This document shows positions 9,804-17,909 of a DNA stretch of 21,522 bases, piece after piece. The notes beneath the pieces were generated by a model that worked only from the letters and a program-made list of their open reading frames with translations, did not search any database and was not told the DNA's origin. Position numbers and translations under genes: made by a program. Source of the stretch: Candidatus Phoenicimicrobium oleiphilum (lineage in GTDB: Bacteria > Atribacterota > Phoenicimicrobiia > Phoenicimicrobiales > Phoenicimicrobiaceae); the NCBI GenBank assembly GCA_039638295.1, contig JBDIWJ010000033.1, forward strand, positions 1 through 21,522, in the 5' to 3' direction. Within the stretch, counting starts at the first letter, position 1, and the number at the start of each line of letters is the position of its first letter.

Positions 9804-10826
9804 TTAATAATTTTTTCTCTCTAATGGTAACCGTGAAATAGCATCCAAACTTAAAGACGATTTTTTGTTATCTTTTAGTTTAAAATAACCAACAGATGCT
9901 ACCATAGCTGCATTGTCAGTACATAAATAAAGTGATGGGTAAAAAACCTCAATATTTAAAATTTTAGCTCTTTCTTTAATATCTTTTCTTAATAGATTAT
10001 TAGCAGCAACTCCTCCTGCTAAAACAATATGTTTAGTTTTAAATTCTTGCGCTGCATTTACAGTCTTTTCTACCAGTACATCGACTACAGCTTGCTGGAA
10101 GGAAGCTAAAATATCTTCAACTTGTAAAATCTTATTTTCTTTTTTTGATTTTTTTATATGATAAATTACTGCAGTTTTAAGTCCACTAAAACTAAAATCA
10201 TAATCTTTATTATTCATAAGAGGACGGGGAAATTTTACTGCTGAAGGATTACCTCTTTTGGCTAATTCCTCAATTATTGGTCCACCAGGGTAACCTAAAT
10301 TTAGCACTTTAGAAATTTTATCAAAGACCTCTCCTACTGCATCATCTTTGGTCTGTCCTAATAATTTGTATTCCCCAAAATCTTTCATATATATTAAAGA
10401 TGTATGTCCTCCTGAAACAATTAGGCAAATGCAGGGGGGCTTTAATTCTTTATGTTCTAAAAAATTAGCATATATATGAGCTTCAAGGTGATTTACTCCG
10501 ATAAATGGAATATCTCGAGCATAGGCTATCGCCTTAGCAACAGATAATCCCACTAAAAGAGAACCTATTAGTCCTGGGCCATAAGTTACGGCTATACCTG
10601 ATAAATCATCTAACTTTTTTTCAGCAGTACATAATGCCCTATCAATTACGGGAATTATATATTCCATATGTTTACGAGAAGCAATTTCGGGAACCACTCC
10701 TCCATATTTTTGATGAACCGTAATTTGAGAAGCTATTACATTAGAAATTATTTCGTTTCCATCTTCTACTATGGCAGCTGCGGTCTCATCGCAAGAAGTT
10801 TCAATTCCCAGTATTAAATCTGACAT
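9804..10826 (-). CDS. tsaD: tRNA N6-adenosine threonylcarbamoyltransferase
   Basis: LGIETSCDET, GGVVPEIASRKH, VNHLEAH, VSGGHT, FSFSGLKT, CTDNAAMV. Confidence 0.97.
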   Translation of the reverse strand: MSDLILGIETSCDETAAAIVEDGNEIISNVIASQITVHQKYGGVVPEIASRKHMEYIIPVIDRALCTAEKKLDDLSGIAVTYGPGLIGSLLVGLSVAKAIAYARDIPFIGVNHLEAHIYANFLEHKELKPPCICLIVSGGHTSLIYMKDFGEYKLLGQTKDDAVGEVFDKISKVLNLGYPGGPIIEELAKRGNPSAVKFPRPLMNNKDYDFSFSGLKTAVIYHIKKSKKENKILQVEDILASFQQAVVDVLVEKTVNAAQEFKTKHIVLAGGVAANNLLRKDIKERAKILNIEVFYPSLYLCTDNAAMVASVGYFKLKDNKKSSLSLDAISRLPLERKNY

Positions 10827-10848
10827 ATAATTTTCCTTTTCTCCATAA

Positions 10849-10920
10849 AATTTATCAATTAACTGATTGATCGATAAACAAATTCACCAATCCACCGATT
10901 AACTGATTCTCCAATTAATT
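10849..10920. repeat. Nine-unit degenerate 8-nt tandem array (RATTnnYY)
   Basis: AATTTATC AATTAACT GATTGATC GATAAACA AATTCACC AATCCACC GATTAACT GATTCTCC AATTAATT. Confidence 0.8.
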
Positions 10921-10922
10921 TA

Positions 10923-11088
10923 GTTGCCCAGTTACCTGGTTTACCAGTTGGCTTAGTTAGTCATAGTCATTAATTTTATATACAACTTCTCAATTGTAAT
11001 ATGAGAATTGGCTGATATAGTTAATCAGTTTAATTTTAATTCTTCAACCAGATAACTGGTAAACTAGCCAACCGGCTAACCACCTTCA
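10923..11088 (-). repeat. Octamer-arm element, copy A (full length)
   Basis: Inverted arms GTTGCCCA GTTACCTG GTTTACCA GTTGGC ... AACCAGAT AACTGGTA AACTAGCC AACCGGCT AAC. Homologous to 17711-17880: 27/30 in the first arm and 77/102 ungapped over the distal part. Confidence 0.9.
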
Positions 11089-11149
11089 CGAGATATTAGA
11101 TATAATATATATTTGCTATATACTGACTATATACTGAATACTGATTCTT

Positions 11150-11620
11150 CTAATTCAATTTCTTTTCCATAACCAAGGCATCTTCTTTTTCAGCTTGATA
11201 ATAATTCTTTCTAATCTTTATTAACTTATATCCACATTTTCTGTACATATTCTGAGCAATAAGATTTGACCTTCTTACTTCTAAAGATATTTTTTCTACC
11301 TTATGTTTAGTTGCCATTTTTTCGATAAACCTTAAAAGGATTCCACCATATCCCCTATTACGCCATCTCTCTTTGATGGCAATATTGGTAATATGAAAGC
11401 TTCTACCTCTGAGCCAAAGTCCGAGATAACCGATAATCTCTTTATTTTTTTCTAATACAAAATATTTAGCATATCTATTTTGGATTAACTCATAATAGAA
11501 AATATTATAAGTCCAGGGATTGGAAAATGATTTTTTTTCTATATTCAGTACTTCTTCTAAATCATCCAACTCCATTGATCTAATAATAATTTTTGATATA
11601 TCGTAATTAACATTAATCAT
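11150..11620 (-). CDS. rimI: Ribosomal-protein-alanine N-acetyltransferase (GNAT)
   Basis: IEKKSFSNPW, HITNIAI, RNRGYG, LEVRRSN, RKNYY..EDALVM; lies between tsaB and tsaD. Confidence 0.93.
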   Translation of the reverse strand: MINVNYDISKIIIRSMELDDLEEVLNIEKKSFSNPWTYNIFYYELIQNRYAKYFVLEKNKEIIGYLGLWLRGRSFHITNIAIKERWRNRGYGGILLRFIEKMATKHKVEKISLEVRRSNLIAQNMYRKCGYKLIKIRKNYYQAEKEDALVMEKKLN

Positions 11621-11626
11621 TATTTG

Positions 11627-12328
11627 TTACTTGTATTTTTTCTCCCAAATAATCTCCGCCTGAGATTTTCTAAGATATAAGGGTGAAAGAGTATAAATAT
11701 TATCTTCCTCCCCTTTTTTAAGTTTTTCTAAACCCAAAAAAGCAACATTCACACCTCGAGGCGGGGCCAAATGCGATCCTACAAATAAGGCGTTTCTGCC
11801 TAATTTTTCTTCTATAGTCTTTCGATATTTTATTATACCTTCACCAATAAAAATTATCTTTTCTTTTAAAAAAGATAATTTTGCCAGAAGACTATTAATA
11901 CCTTCGCAATTATAATCTACAACCTTATCTAAACCATCTACTTCCCGAAATACAGCACTGTATATTTCACCCCTTTTAGATTCTAAAATAGGACAAACTA
12001 AAAAAGGCATCCCCATCAAAGAAAATGCTAAAGCATCTAACGTGGGAATTGCCAATAATGGTAAGGAGGTGGCATAAGATAAACCCTTTGCCACTCCTAA
12101 GCCTATCCTAAGCCCGGTAAAAGAACCAGGGCCTATAGATACCGCAATACCGTCAAGGTCAGATAATTTTAAACCCACCCCTTCTAATACATCTTTTATA
12201 GCGAACACTAAGATAGAAGAGGTTTTTTGGTAATAACTACTAAGATTATATTCGGCAAGAATATCCATTTCTTCAACTAAACCTAAACTACAAATCTTGG
12301 TAGAAGTATCAATCCCTAAAATTTTCAA
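11627..12328 (-). CDS. tsaB: tRNA threonylcarbamoyladenosine biosynthesis protein TsaB
   Basis: ILGIDTST, GPGSFTGLRIG, PLYLRKSQAE; TTG start overlapping the tsaE end. Confidence 0.95.
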   Translation of the reverse strand: MKILGIDTSTKICSLGLVEEMDILAEYNLSSYYQKTSSILVFAIKDVLEGVGLKLSDLDGIAVSIGPGSFTGLRIGLGVAKGLSYATSLPLLAIPTLDALAFSLMGMPFLVCPILESKRGEIYSAVFREVDGLDKVVDYNCEGINSLLAKLSFLKEKIIFIGEGIIKYRKTIEEKLGRNALFVGSHLAPPRGVNVAFLGLEKLKKGEEDNIYTLSPLYLRKSQAEIIWEKKYK

Positions 12329-12785
12329 TTTTAATTAACTCCTTTAAAAATATTTCAAATCTGTCACCTTGAGGGAAAAAGGAAATTGTTCTTTTATCAT
12401 AATTGCTGAATTTAATATTAATTTTCAAATGATTGTTAGGCAAAAAATCTTCAATCTTTTCTGCCCATTCAATAGCTGTTAAGCCCTCTCCGTAAAAATA
12501 TTCTTCATACCCTAAATCCAAAAACTCCTCAGAACTATTGAGACGAAAAAGGTCAAAATGATAAACTGGAATTTTGCCTGTATACTCATTTATAATGGTA
12601 AAAGAAGGACTGGTTACATAATCTTGCACCTCAAGCCCCTGAGATATCCCTTGAATAAGACAAGTCTTTCCTGCTCCTAATTCGCCATAGAAAGCAATTA
12701 AGTCTCCTGGTATAATTAATTTGCTTATTCTTTTTCCCAATTTTTTTGTCTCTTCCGGACTTTCGGTAATAATATTTAAATTCAT
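12309..12785 (-). CDS. tsaE: tRNA threonylcarbamoyladenosine biosynthesis ATPase TsaE
   Basis: Walker A GELGAGKT, VTSPSFTI, HFDLFRL, IEWAE. Confidence 0.96.
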   Translation of the reverse strand: MNLNIITESPEETKKLGKRISKLIIPGDLIAFYGELGAGKTCLIQGISQGLEVQDYVTSPSFTIINEYTGKIPVYHFDLFRLNSSEEFLDLGYEEYFYGEGLTAIEWAEKIEDFLPNNHLKINIKFSNYDKRTISFFPQGDRFEIFLKELIKIENFRD

Positions 12786-12863
12786 TTTAAAAATAATTTA
12801 CACCTTTCTAACTATAGCGTATAGTTTAAGTATTCTATTTATGTAAGTTACTAATAGTTTCAG

Positions 12864-13118
12864 ATTAAATTAAAAACTTAAAGCAAAAAGATTAATTGTT
12901 ACTTAAGAATTCAGGAGCCAGTAGTCAGGAGTCAGAAGAATACAAGATTATATAACCTTATATTCTAAAATAATTCTGAATACTGGATTCTGTCTTCTGG
13001 CTTCTATGTTATCTGCGAGATACAATTCACGATACACAAATTAGTCTTCTAGCTTTTTTTGTCTCAATTTTAAGTTTTGAGTTATGGTTTTACGTTTTGC
13101 GCCTTTAATTTTTTGCTT
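12864..13118. repeat. Nested heptamer inverted-arm repeat cluster (alr-tsaE spacer)
   Basis: Outer AAAA/TTTT-type arms at 12864-12890 and 13066-13118. Inner nAGYCAG arms at 12908-12937 and 12974-13005. Central hairpin 12937-12966. GATAC-type block 13015-13039. Confidence 0.85.
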
Positions 13119-13130
13119 TCTTGTTATCCG

Positions 13131-14306
13131 CTAAAGAAATCTTTCCTCTAACATAGTTTTAACCTTCCAGGGTTTTCCATTTTTAATAAATAATTTAGGA
13201 ACTCGTTTTTTGTCGGGCATATGAACTATTTCATAATTAATTGTCCCAATTTTCTGGGCAATTTCTTCCACTGAAATTACTTCATCCCCCTGCTTTCCCC
13301 ATAACACCACTTCATCTCCTGCTTCTACTTGAGGAAGTTTAGTAACATCTATCATACATTGATCCATACATATTCGACCAATTATTGGCACACGGTTCCC
13401 TCTTACAAGTACTTCTCCTTGATTAGATAGGAGCCGATTATAACCATCAGCATAACCTACGGGGAGAGAGGCAACCAATGTTCTTCTTTTAGTAATGTAA
13501 GTTCGCCCATAACCAATGCTTTCTCCAGCTGGTAGTTCTTTTAAAAAGATTATCCTGGTTTTAAATTCTTGAGCTGGTATCAAGTCTATAGTTTTTTTTA
13601 CTTCAGGGGAGGGATATAGCCCGTATATAGAGATTCCTGGCCTTAGCATATCTAACCACATATGAGGTAAATCAAGGAGAGTAGCACTATTACCTACATG
13701 CTTTATGGAAATATTTATTCCTTCTCTTTTTATATCAATTAAAACTTTATTAAATTTTTTAAATTGATTTTCGGTATAAGCCTTATCCTTTTCATCTGCA
13801 ACAGAAAAATGAGTAAAAATACCTTCTATTTCCACATTTTTCAACGATTTTACCTTTTTAATAAAACCCAAAACTTCTTGAGGGAAAATTCCTATCCTTC
13901 CCATACCAGTATCTACTTTGAGATGTATTTTGGCAATTTTATTCATTTTGATTGCCGACTTAGAAAGTTTTTCTAACATTTCGTATTCACTAACTGCAGG
14001 GGTAATATCATATAATACTAATAATTCTGCCTGTTCCTTCAAGGTCAGCCCAAGAACTAAAATTGGGACAGTAATCCCAGCCTCGCGAAGTAAGATACCT
14101 TCTTCTAAACGAGCAACTGCTAATCTATTAGCTCCATTATCTAAAACTACTGAAGAAACTTCTAAAACATCGTGGCCATACGCATTCCCTTTCACCACTG
14201 CCATTAGTTCTTTTTTCTCGCCGATTAATTTTTTAATATTTCTTACATTTTTTGCAATTGCATCAAGATTTATTTCTACCCACGTAGGGCCTAACAGCTC
14301 TTTCAT
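13131..14306 (-). CDS. alr: Alanine racemase
   Basis: PLP-lysine motif AVVKGNAYGH, KVDTGMGRIG, GYADG, GRICMDQ, GTINYE. Confidence 0.97.
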   Translation of the reverse strand: MKELLGPTWVEINLDAIAKNVRNIKKLIGEKKELMAVVKGNAYGHDVLEVSSVVLDNGANRLAVARLEEGILLREAGITVPILVLGLTLKEQAELLVLYDITPAVSEYEMLEKLSKSAIKMNKIAKIHLKVDTGMGRIGIFPQEVLGFIKKVKSLKNVEIEGIFTHFSVADEKDKAYTENQFKKFNKVLIDIKREGINISIKHVGNSATLLDLPHMWLDMLRPGISIYGLYPSPEVKKTIDLIPAQEFKTRIIFLKELPAGESIGYGRTYITKRRTLVASLPVGYADGYNRLLSNQGEVLVRGNRVPIIGRICMDQCMIDVTKLPQVEAGDEVVLWGKQGDEVISVEEIAQKIGTINYEIVHMPDKKRVPKLFIKNGKPWKVKTMLEERFL

Positions 14307-14417
14307 TTTTGAGTTTCCTTCTTTTTTTTCGTATCGTGCACCGCTTTCAGACTTATAATAGAGTTATCCATCTAAAATATCACTACAATTTTTATGATTT
14401 TGCCCTTTGTATACTTT

Positions 14418-14440
14418 GGGCACGATGCATCGTTCCCTAC
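14418..14440 (-). repeat. GTAG-type REP-like palindrome
   Basis: Minus strand GTAGGGAACGATGCATCGTGCCC: a GTAG tetranucleotide leading into a GC-rich 20-nt palindrome with one mismatched pair. Confidence 0.65.
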
Positions 14441-14463
14441 CTTTAAATCCTGATTTTCTTCAC

Positions 14464-14491
14464 ACGATACTCAATACGCAATACTCGATAC
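14464..14491. repeat. Heptamer tandem array (nnRATAC)
   Basis: ACGATAC TCAATAC GCAATAC TCGATAC; short inverted partner GTATCGTG at 14331-14338. Confidence 0.8.
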
Positions 14492-14496
14492 GGTTT

Positions 14497-16041
14497 TTAT
14501 TCTAAACTTAAAAAGGCTTGAGGGACTTGAGAAAGGATATCACCGGCTATCATTCCTCTTTCACCTTTAATATTACGGGCTAAGTCACCGGCCAGGCTAT
14601 GAATATATACTCCGGCAATAGCTGCTGAAAAATTATCAGCACCTTGAGCTATTAAGCTACAAATTATTCCAGTTAAAACATCTCCCGAGCCTCCTGTAGC
14701 CATTCCTGAATTATCACCAATATTAATATATACCTCGCCTTTATCTCCTGCAATAATCGTTCTAGCCCCCTTTAATACCACCACTACTCCAAAGTCCTGG
14801 GCAACTTCTCTGGTAATTTCCAATTGGTTATCCAAAACATATTTTACATCTTTGTTTATTAAATATGCCATTTCTCCAGGATGGGGAGTAATAACTACTG
14901 GCGATTTGGTCTTTTTTAATAATGCAGGATCTTCTTTTAATGCATATATTGCGTCTGCATCAATAACTATAGGAATAGTAGTTTTTTCAATAATCTTTCT
15001 TGCTAACCTCTGGGTTTCTAATTGTCTGGAAATCCCCGGGCCTATCCCTATAACTGAAAAATCATCCAGAAACTTAAAAATCTCAATTTCTGCTTCATCA
15101 CTTAAAGATTGATTTTTAGTTTCGGCTAGAGGAAAAGTTATTACTTCAGTCAATTTTACTTCCATTATAGAGTTTAAAGTCTTTGGTATCCCTAAAAAGA
15201 CTAAACCCGCACCGCTTCTAATTGCAGCTTCACTGGTTAAATACGCTGCACCAGTCATTCCTCTTGAACCAGCAAGTATTAAAACTTTACCAAAGGACCC
15301 CTTATGTCCATAAGATAAACGAGTAGGTAAAAGCGATTTAACAATTTCTTTATTTATCATATTAAACTTTAATTTTTTACACTCTAAAAGATTTTTAGGA
15401 ATACCGATATCTTCAACAATTATCTTTCCAGTATAATCCGCTCCTGGATAGAGTAATAAACCTATCTTTGGCAAACCTAAAGTGATAGTATAAGTAGCTT
15501 TGACACAGGAGCCTACAATTTTTCCTGTATCGGAATTTAAACCAGAAGGAACATCAACTGCAATTACATCTTTATTAGCGTAATTAATTAAATCTATAAT
15601 CTTTGCCTTTAATCCGGTCACCTTACCTTGTAATCCAGTTCCTAATATTGCATCTATAATCAAATCAGTATCCAGTATAATCCTTCGCACTTCTTCAATT
15701 TTCATAGATTCAATTTCTATTAACTCAATCCCTATTTTACTAATTATTTCTAAGTTTATTTTCGCTTCACCTTTAATTTTATCTAACGAAGATAAAACAA
15801 AAACTCTTACTTTCACTCCATAATTATATAGATGACGTGCAACTACAAATCCGTCTCCTCCATTATTGCCTGACCCTGAAAAAATAATTACTTTTCTTGA
15901 TTTTAAATCTGAATAAATATTTTTTATATTTTGAAATATACTTAAACCAGCATTCTCCATTAAAATTAAACCAGGTATTCCATACTCATCTATAGCTTTT
16001 CTATCTATCTCTTTAATCTCTTGACTGGTTACTACTTTCAT
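14497..16041 (-). CDS. nnr: Bifunctional NAD(P)H-hydrate epimerase/dehydratase (YjeF, NnrE-NnrD fusion)
   Basis: LMENAG, GSGNNGGDG, DVPSG, HKGSFG, ITPHPGEM, VLKGA, MATGGSGDVLTG. Confidence 0.96.
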   Translation of the reverse strand: MKVVTSQEIKEIDRKAIDEYGIPGLILMENAGLSIFQNIKNIYSDLKSRKVIIFSGSGNNGGDGFVVARHLYNYGVKVRVFVLSSLDKIKGEAKINLEIISKIGIELIEIESMKIEEVRRIILDTDLIIDAILGTGLQGKVTGLKAKIIDLINYANKDVIAVDVPSGLNSDTGKIVGSCVKATYTITLGLPKIGLLLYPGADYTGKIIVEDIGIPKNLLECKKLKFNMINKEIVKSLLPTRLSYGHKGSFGKVLILAGSRGMTGAAYLTSEAAIRSGAGLVFLGIPKTLNSIMEVKLTEVITFPLAETKNQSLSDEAEIEIFKFLDDFSVIGIGPGISRQLETQRLARKIIEKTTIPIVIDADAIYALKEDPALLKKTKSPVVITPHPGEMAYLINKDVKYVLDNQLEITREVAQDFGVVVVLKGARTIIAGDKGEVYINIGDNSGMATGGSGDVLTGIICSLIAQGADNFSAAIAGVYIHSLAGDLARNIKGERGMIAGDILSQVPQAFLSLE

Positions 16042-16056
16042 AACTACCTCCTTGAC

Positions 16057-16101
16057 TTAGTCATTAGGGAATAGTCGTCAGTTTTAAATATAAGTTGCAA
16101 G
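16057..16101 (-). repeat. Pre-RBS module, copy upstream of nnr
   Basis: TTAGTCATTAGG GAATAGTCGTCAGTTTTAAATATAAGTTGCAAG; 12/12 plus 31/33 identical to 17649-17700, with one 7-nt gap. Confidence 0.9.
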
Positions 16102-16123
16102 GTGCGAGAGGCAAATTTATTTA

Positions 16124-16214
16124 GTTACTCGGTTACCTAGTTTACCAGTTAAAATCAAAATTCCTAACCAGGAAACCATATAACGGTAACCAGCAAACCA
16201 GCTAACCGGCTAAC
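16124..16214 (-). repeat. Octamer-arm element, copy C (interior shortened)
   Basis: GTTACTCG GTTACCTA GTTTACCA GTT ... AACCAGCA AACCAGCT AACCGGCT AAC. Confidence 0.85.
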
Positions 16215-16225
16215 TATACTGATTT

Positions 16226-16612
16226 TTACTTATCCAGTTGGCTTTCCAGAATTACTTGGGCAATAGCATAATCATTGGTGTGAGAAATAGTTATAAAATA
16301 CTTATGCATTCCCATTTTTAAAGCAATTTTTTTTAATTTCCCGCTTATCTTTATAATAGGTTGGCCAAGTCCATCATTTTTTACTTCAATCTCCTTCCAA
16401 TTAACCCCCCTAAGCCCTAAGCCTAAAGCTTTCAAAAGGGCTTCTTTGGCAGCAAACTTCCCCGCATAAGACTGATATTTATTATTTCTTTTTTCACAAT
16501 AATTTTTTTCCCAAGAAGTAAATATTCTGGAAGTAAAACTATCTTCCCATCTTTTAATTATTTTTTCTATTCTATTTACTTCAACCAAATCTATTCCGCA
16601 TCCTATAATCAA
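16226..16612 (-). CDS. acpS: Holo-[acyl-carrier-protein] synthase
   Basis: IIGCGIDLVE, AGKFAAKEALLKALG, ITISH. The TTG at 16612 fits SD spacing and the usual MIIG.GID N-terminus; the ORF track starts at 16621. Confidence 0.95.
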   Translation of the reverse strand: MIIGCGIDLVEVNRIEKIIKRWEDSFTSRIFTSWEKNYCEKRNNKYQSYAGKFAAKEALLKALGLGLRGVNWKEIEVKNDGLGQPIIKISGKLKKIALKMGMHKYFITISHTNDYAIAQVILESQLDK

Positions 16613-16695
16613 TGAAATCATTCCTTTTTAAATACCATTCCCCCTTTTTATGGGGACATACTTTTATCTTTTTTAGTTATTAGTAAACAGCTATT

Positions 16696-17091
16696 TTAAA
16701 ATTCTCTATAATAAAAATTCCCCTCTTTTATCTTGCCTTTTAACCATTTCAATAAATATTTTTTAACCACCATTCTGCTAAAAGGTATTAAAAAAATAAA
16801 CCCTATAATATCAGTAATAAAACCAGGGGTAAGAAGTAATATTCCTCCAGCCAGAATAATAACTCCCTGAATTAAACTATCTCCTGGCAAGATTCCTTCA
16901 TTTAAATCATTTTGGATTTTCTTTAAAATCATAAAGCCCTGACCTTTTACCAAATAAGCTCCTAATATCCCAGTTAAGATAATTATGCCAATTATGGGTA
17001 GACTTCCTATCCTCTTTCCCACTTCAATCAAGATATATAGCTCTACTACTGGAACTATTATGAATGTCATTAGTAGTTTAGTAAAAAACAT
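16696..17091 (-). CDS. fxsA: FxsA family membrane protein
   Basis: FIIVPVVELYILIEVG, GGILLLTPGFITDIIGF; ATG 17091 follows GAGGAG. Confidence 0.92.
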   Translation of the reverse strand: MFFTKLLMTFIIVPVVELYILIEVGKRIGSLPIIGIIILTGILGAYLVKGQGFMILKKIQNDLNEGILPGDSLIQGVIILAGGILLLTPGFITDIIGFIFLIPFSRMVVKKYLLKWLKGKIKEGNFYYREF

Positions 17092-17187
17092 TTTTCTCCT
17101 CAAATCTTTATTTTCCTCTCGTTACCAATTCCCCCATTTTCACTTAGCCTGACTTCGCGAAAGCAAGGGACAAGCTTATAATTATAA

Positions 17188-17625
17188 CTAATCACATAAA
17201 TATCCTTCTACTTCCTTTTGCATTTCTGGAGAAAGAACAATAAATCTTCCCCTTGCCTCTGTTAATAAGGTCCCATCTTCTAAATGGGCTTGAGCTTGGG
17301 CTTCAATCATTCTACCCAAATCTTTTATCAACTGAGCAGTAAAGATAATCTTTTTGCCTATCGGAGCTTTTTTTCGGTATTTTATATTAATTTCTACAGT
17401 TAAAGTCATTACTCCTTTATTTACTATTGCAGTTCTTCCCATTATTTCATCTAAAATAGAAAATAATATTCCGCCATGAACAATTCCCTTGAAACCTTGG
17501 TGTTTTGGTTCAGGAATAAATTCTGCTTTTACTTCTTTTCCATCTTTAAAAAAAGTAATTTTTAAACCAAAAGGATTTTCTTTCCCACATACAAAGCATT
17601 CTTTATATCCTGGTAAAGCTTCCAA
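17188..17625 (-). CDS. PaaI-family (hotdog fold) thioesterase
   Basis: CFVCGKENPFGL, HQGFKGIVHGGILFSILDE; TTG start after SD GGGAGG. Confidence 0.88.
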   Translation of the reverse strand: MEALPGYKECFVCGKENPFGLKITFFKDGKEVKAEFIPEPKHQGFKGIVHGGILFSILDEIMGRTAIVNKGVMTLTVEINIKYRKKAPIGKKIIFTAQLIKDLGRMIEAQAQAHLEDGTLLTEARGRFIVLSPEMQKEVEGYLCD

Positions 17626-17644
17626 AAATTAAAACCTCCCTGCT

Positions 17645-17700
17645 TTAATTAGTCATTAGGTGATAGTGAATAGTCGTTAGTTTTAAATATAAGTTGTAAG
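17645..17700 (-). repeat. Pre-RBS module, copy upstream of the thioesterase
   Basis: Heptamers TTAGTCA TTAGGTG ATAGTGA ATAGTCG TTAGTTT followed by TAAATATAAGTTGTAAG. Confidence 0.9.
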
Positions 17701-17710
17701 TTTATAGTTG

Positions 17711-17880
17711 GTTACCCAGTTACCCGGTTTACCAGTTGACCAATTAATTCTAGTTGTTAATTTCAAATCAAATATAAGTTCTCAGTTGTAAGATAATGGT
17801 GATTTGATACATTTAACCAACTTGATTTTAATTCTTCAACCGGATAATCGGTGAACTGGCTAACTGGCTAACCTGCTTCA
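17711..17880 (-). repeat. Octamer-arm element, copy B (full length)
   Basis: GTTACCCA GTTACCCG GTTTACCA GTTGACCA ... AACCGGAT AATCGGTG AACTGGCT AACTGGCT AAC; homologous to 10923-11088 and 91-140. Confidence 0.9.
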
Positions 17881-17881
17881 T

Positions 17882-17909
17882 TATATACTATATACTCGAT
17901 ACTATACAC
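17882..17909. repeat. Heptamer tandem array (nnnATAC)
   Basis: TATATAC TATATAC TCGATAC TATACAC abutting the ltaE stop codon. Confidence 0.8.

Noticed and set aside
10953..11044. Hidden small gene or pseudogene in the interior of copies A/B
   Set aside because: The interiors are only about 90-100 bp and I could not identify a convincing RBS, start codon or protein motif shared by both.
16637..16695. TCCCC..GGGGA hairpin and TTAGTTA TTAGTAA ACAGCTA heptamers between fxsA and acpS
   Set aside because: The stem is only about 5 bp and the array three weak units; possibly a decayed module but not supportable alone.
17104..17187. Weak hairpin CCTGACTTCGCGAAAGCAAGG between the thioesterase and fxsA
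   Set aside because: Imperfect, single copy, no GTAG motif or U-tract.
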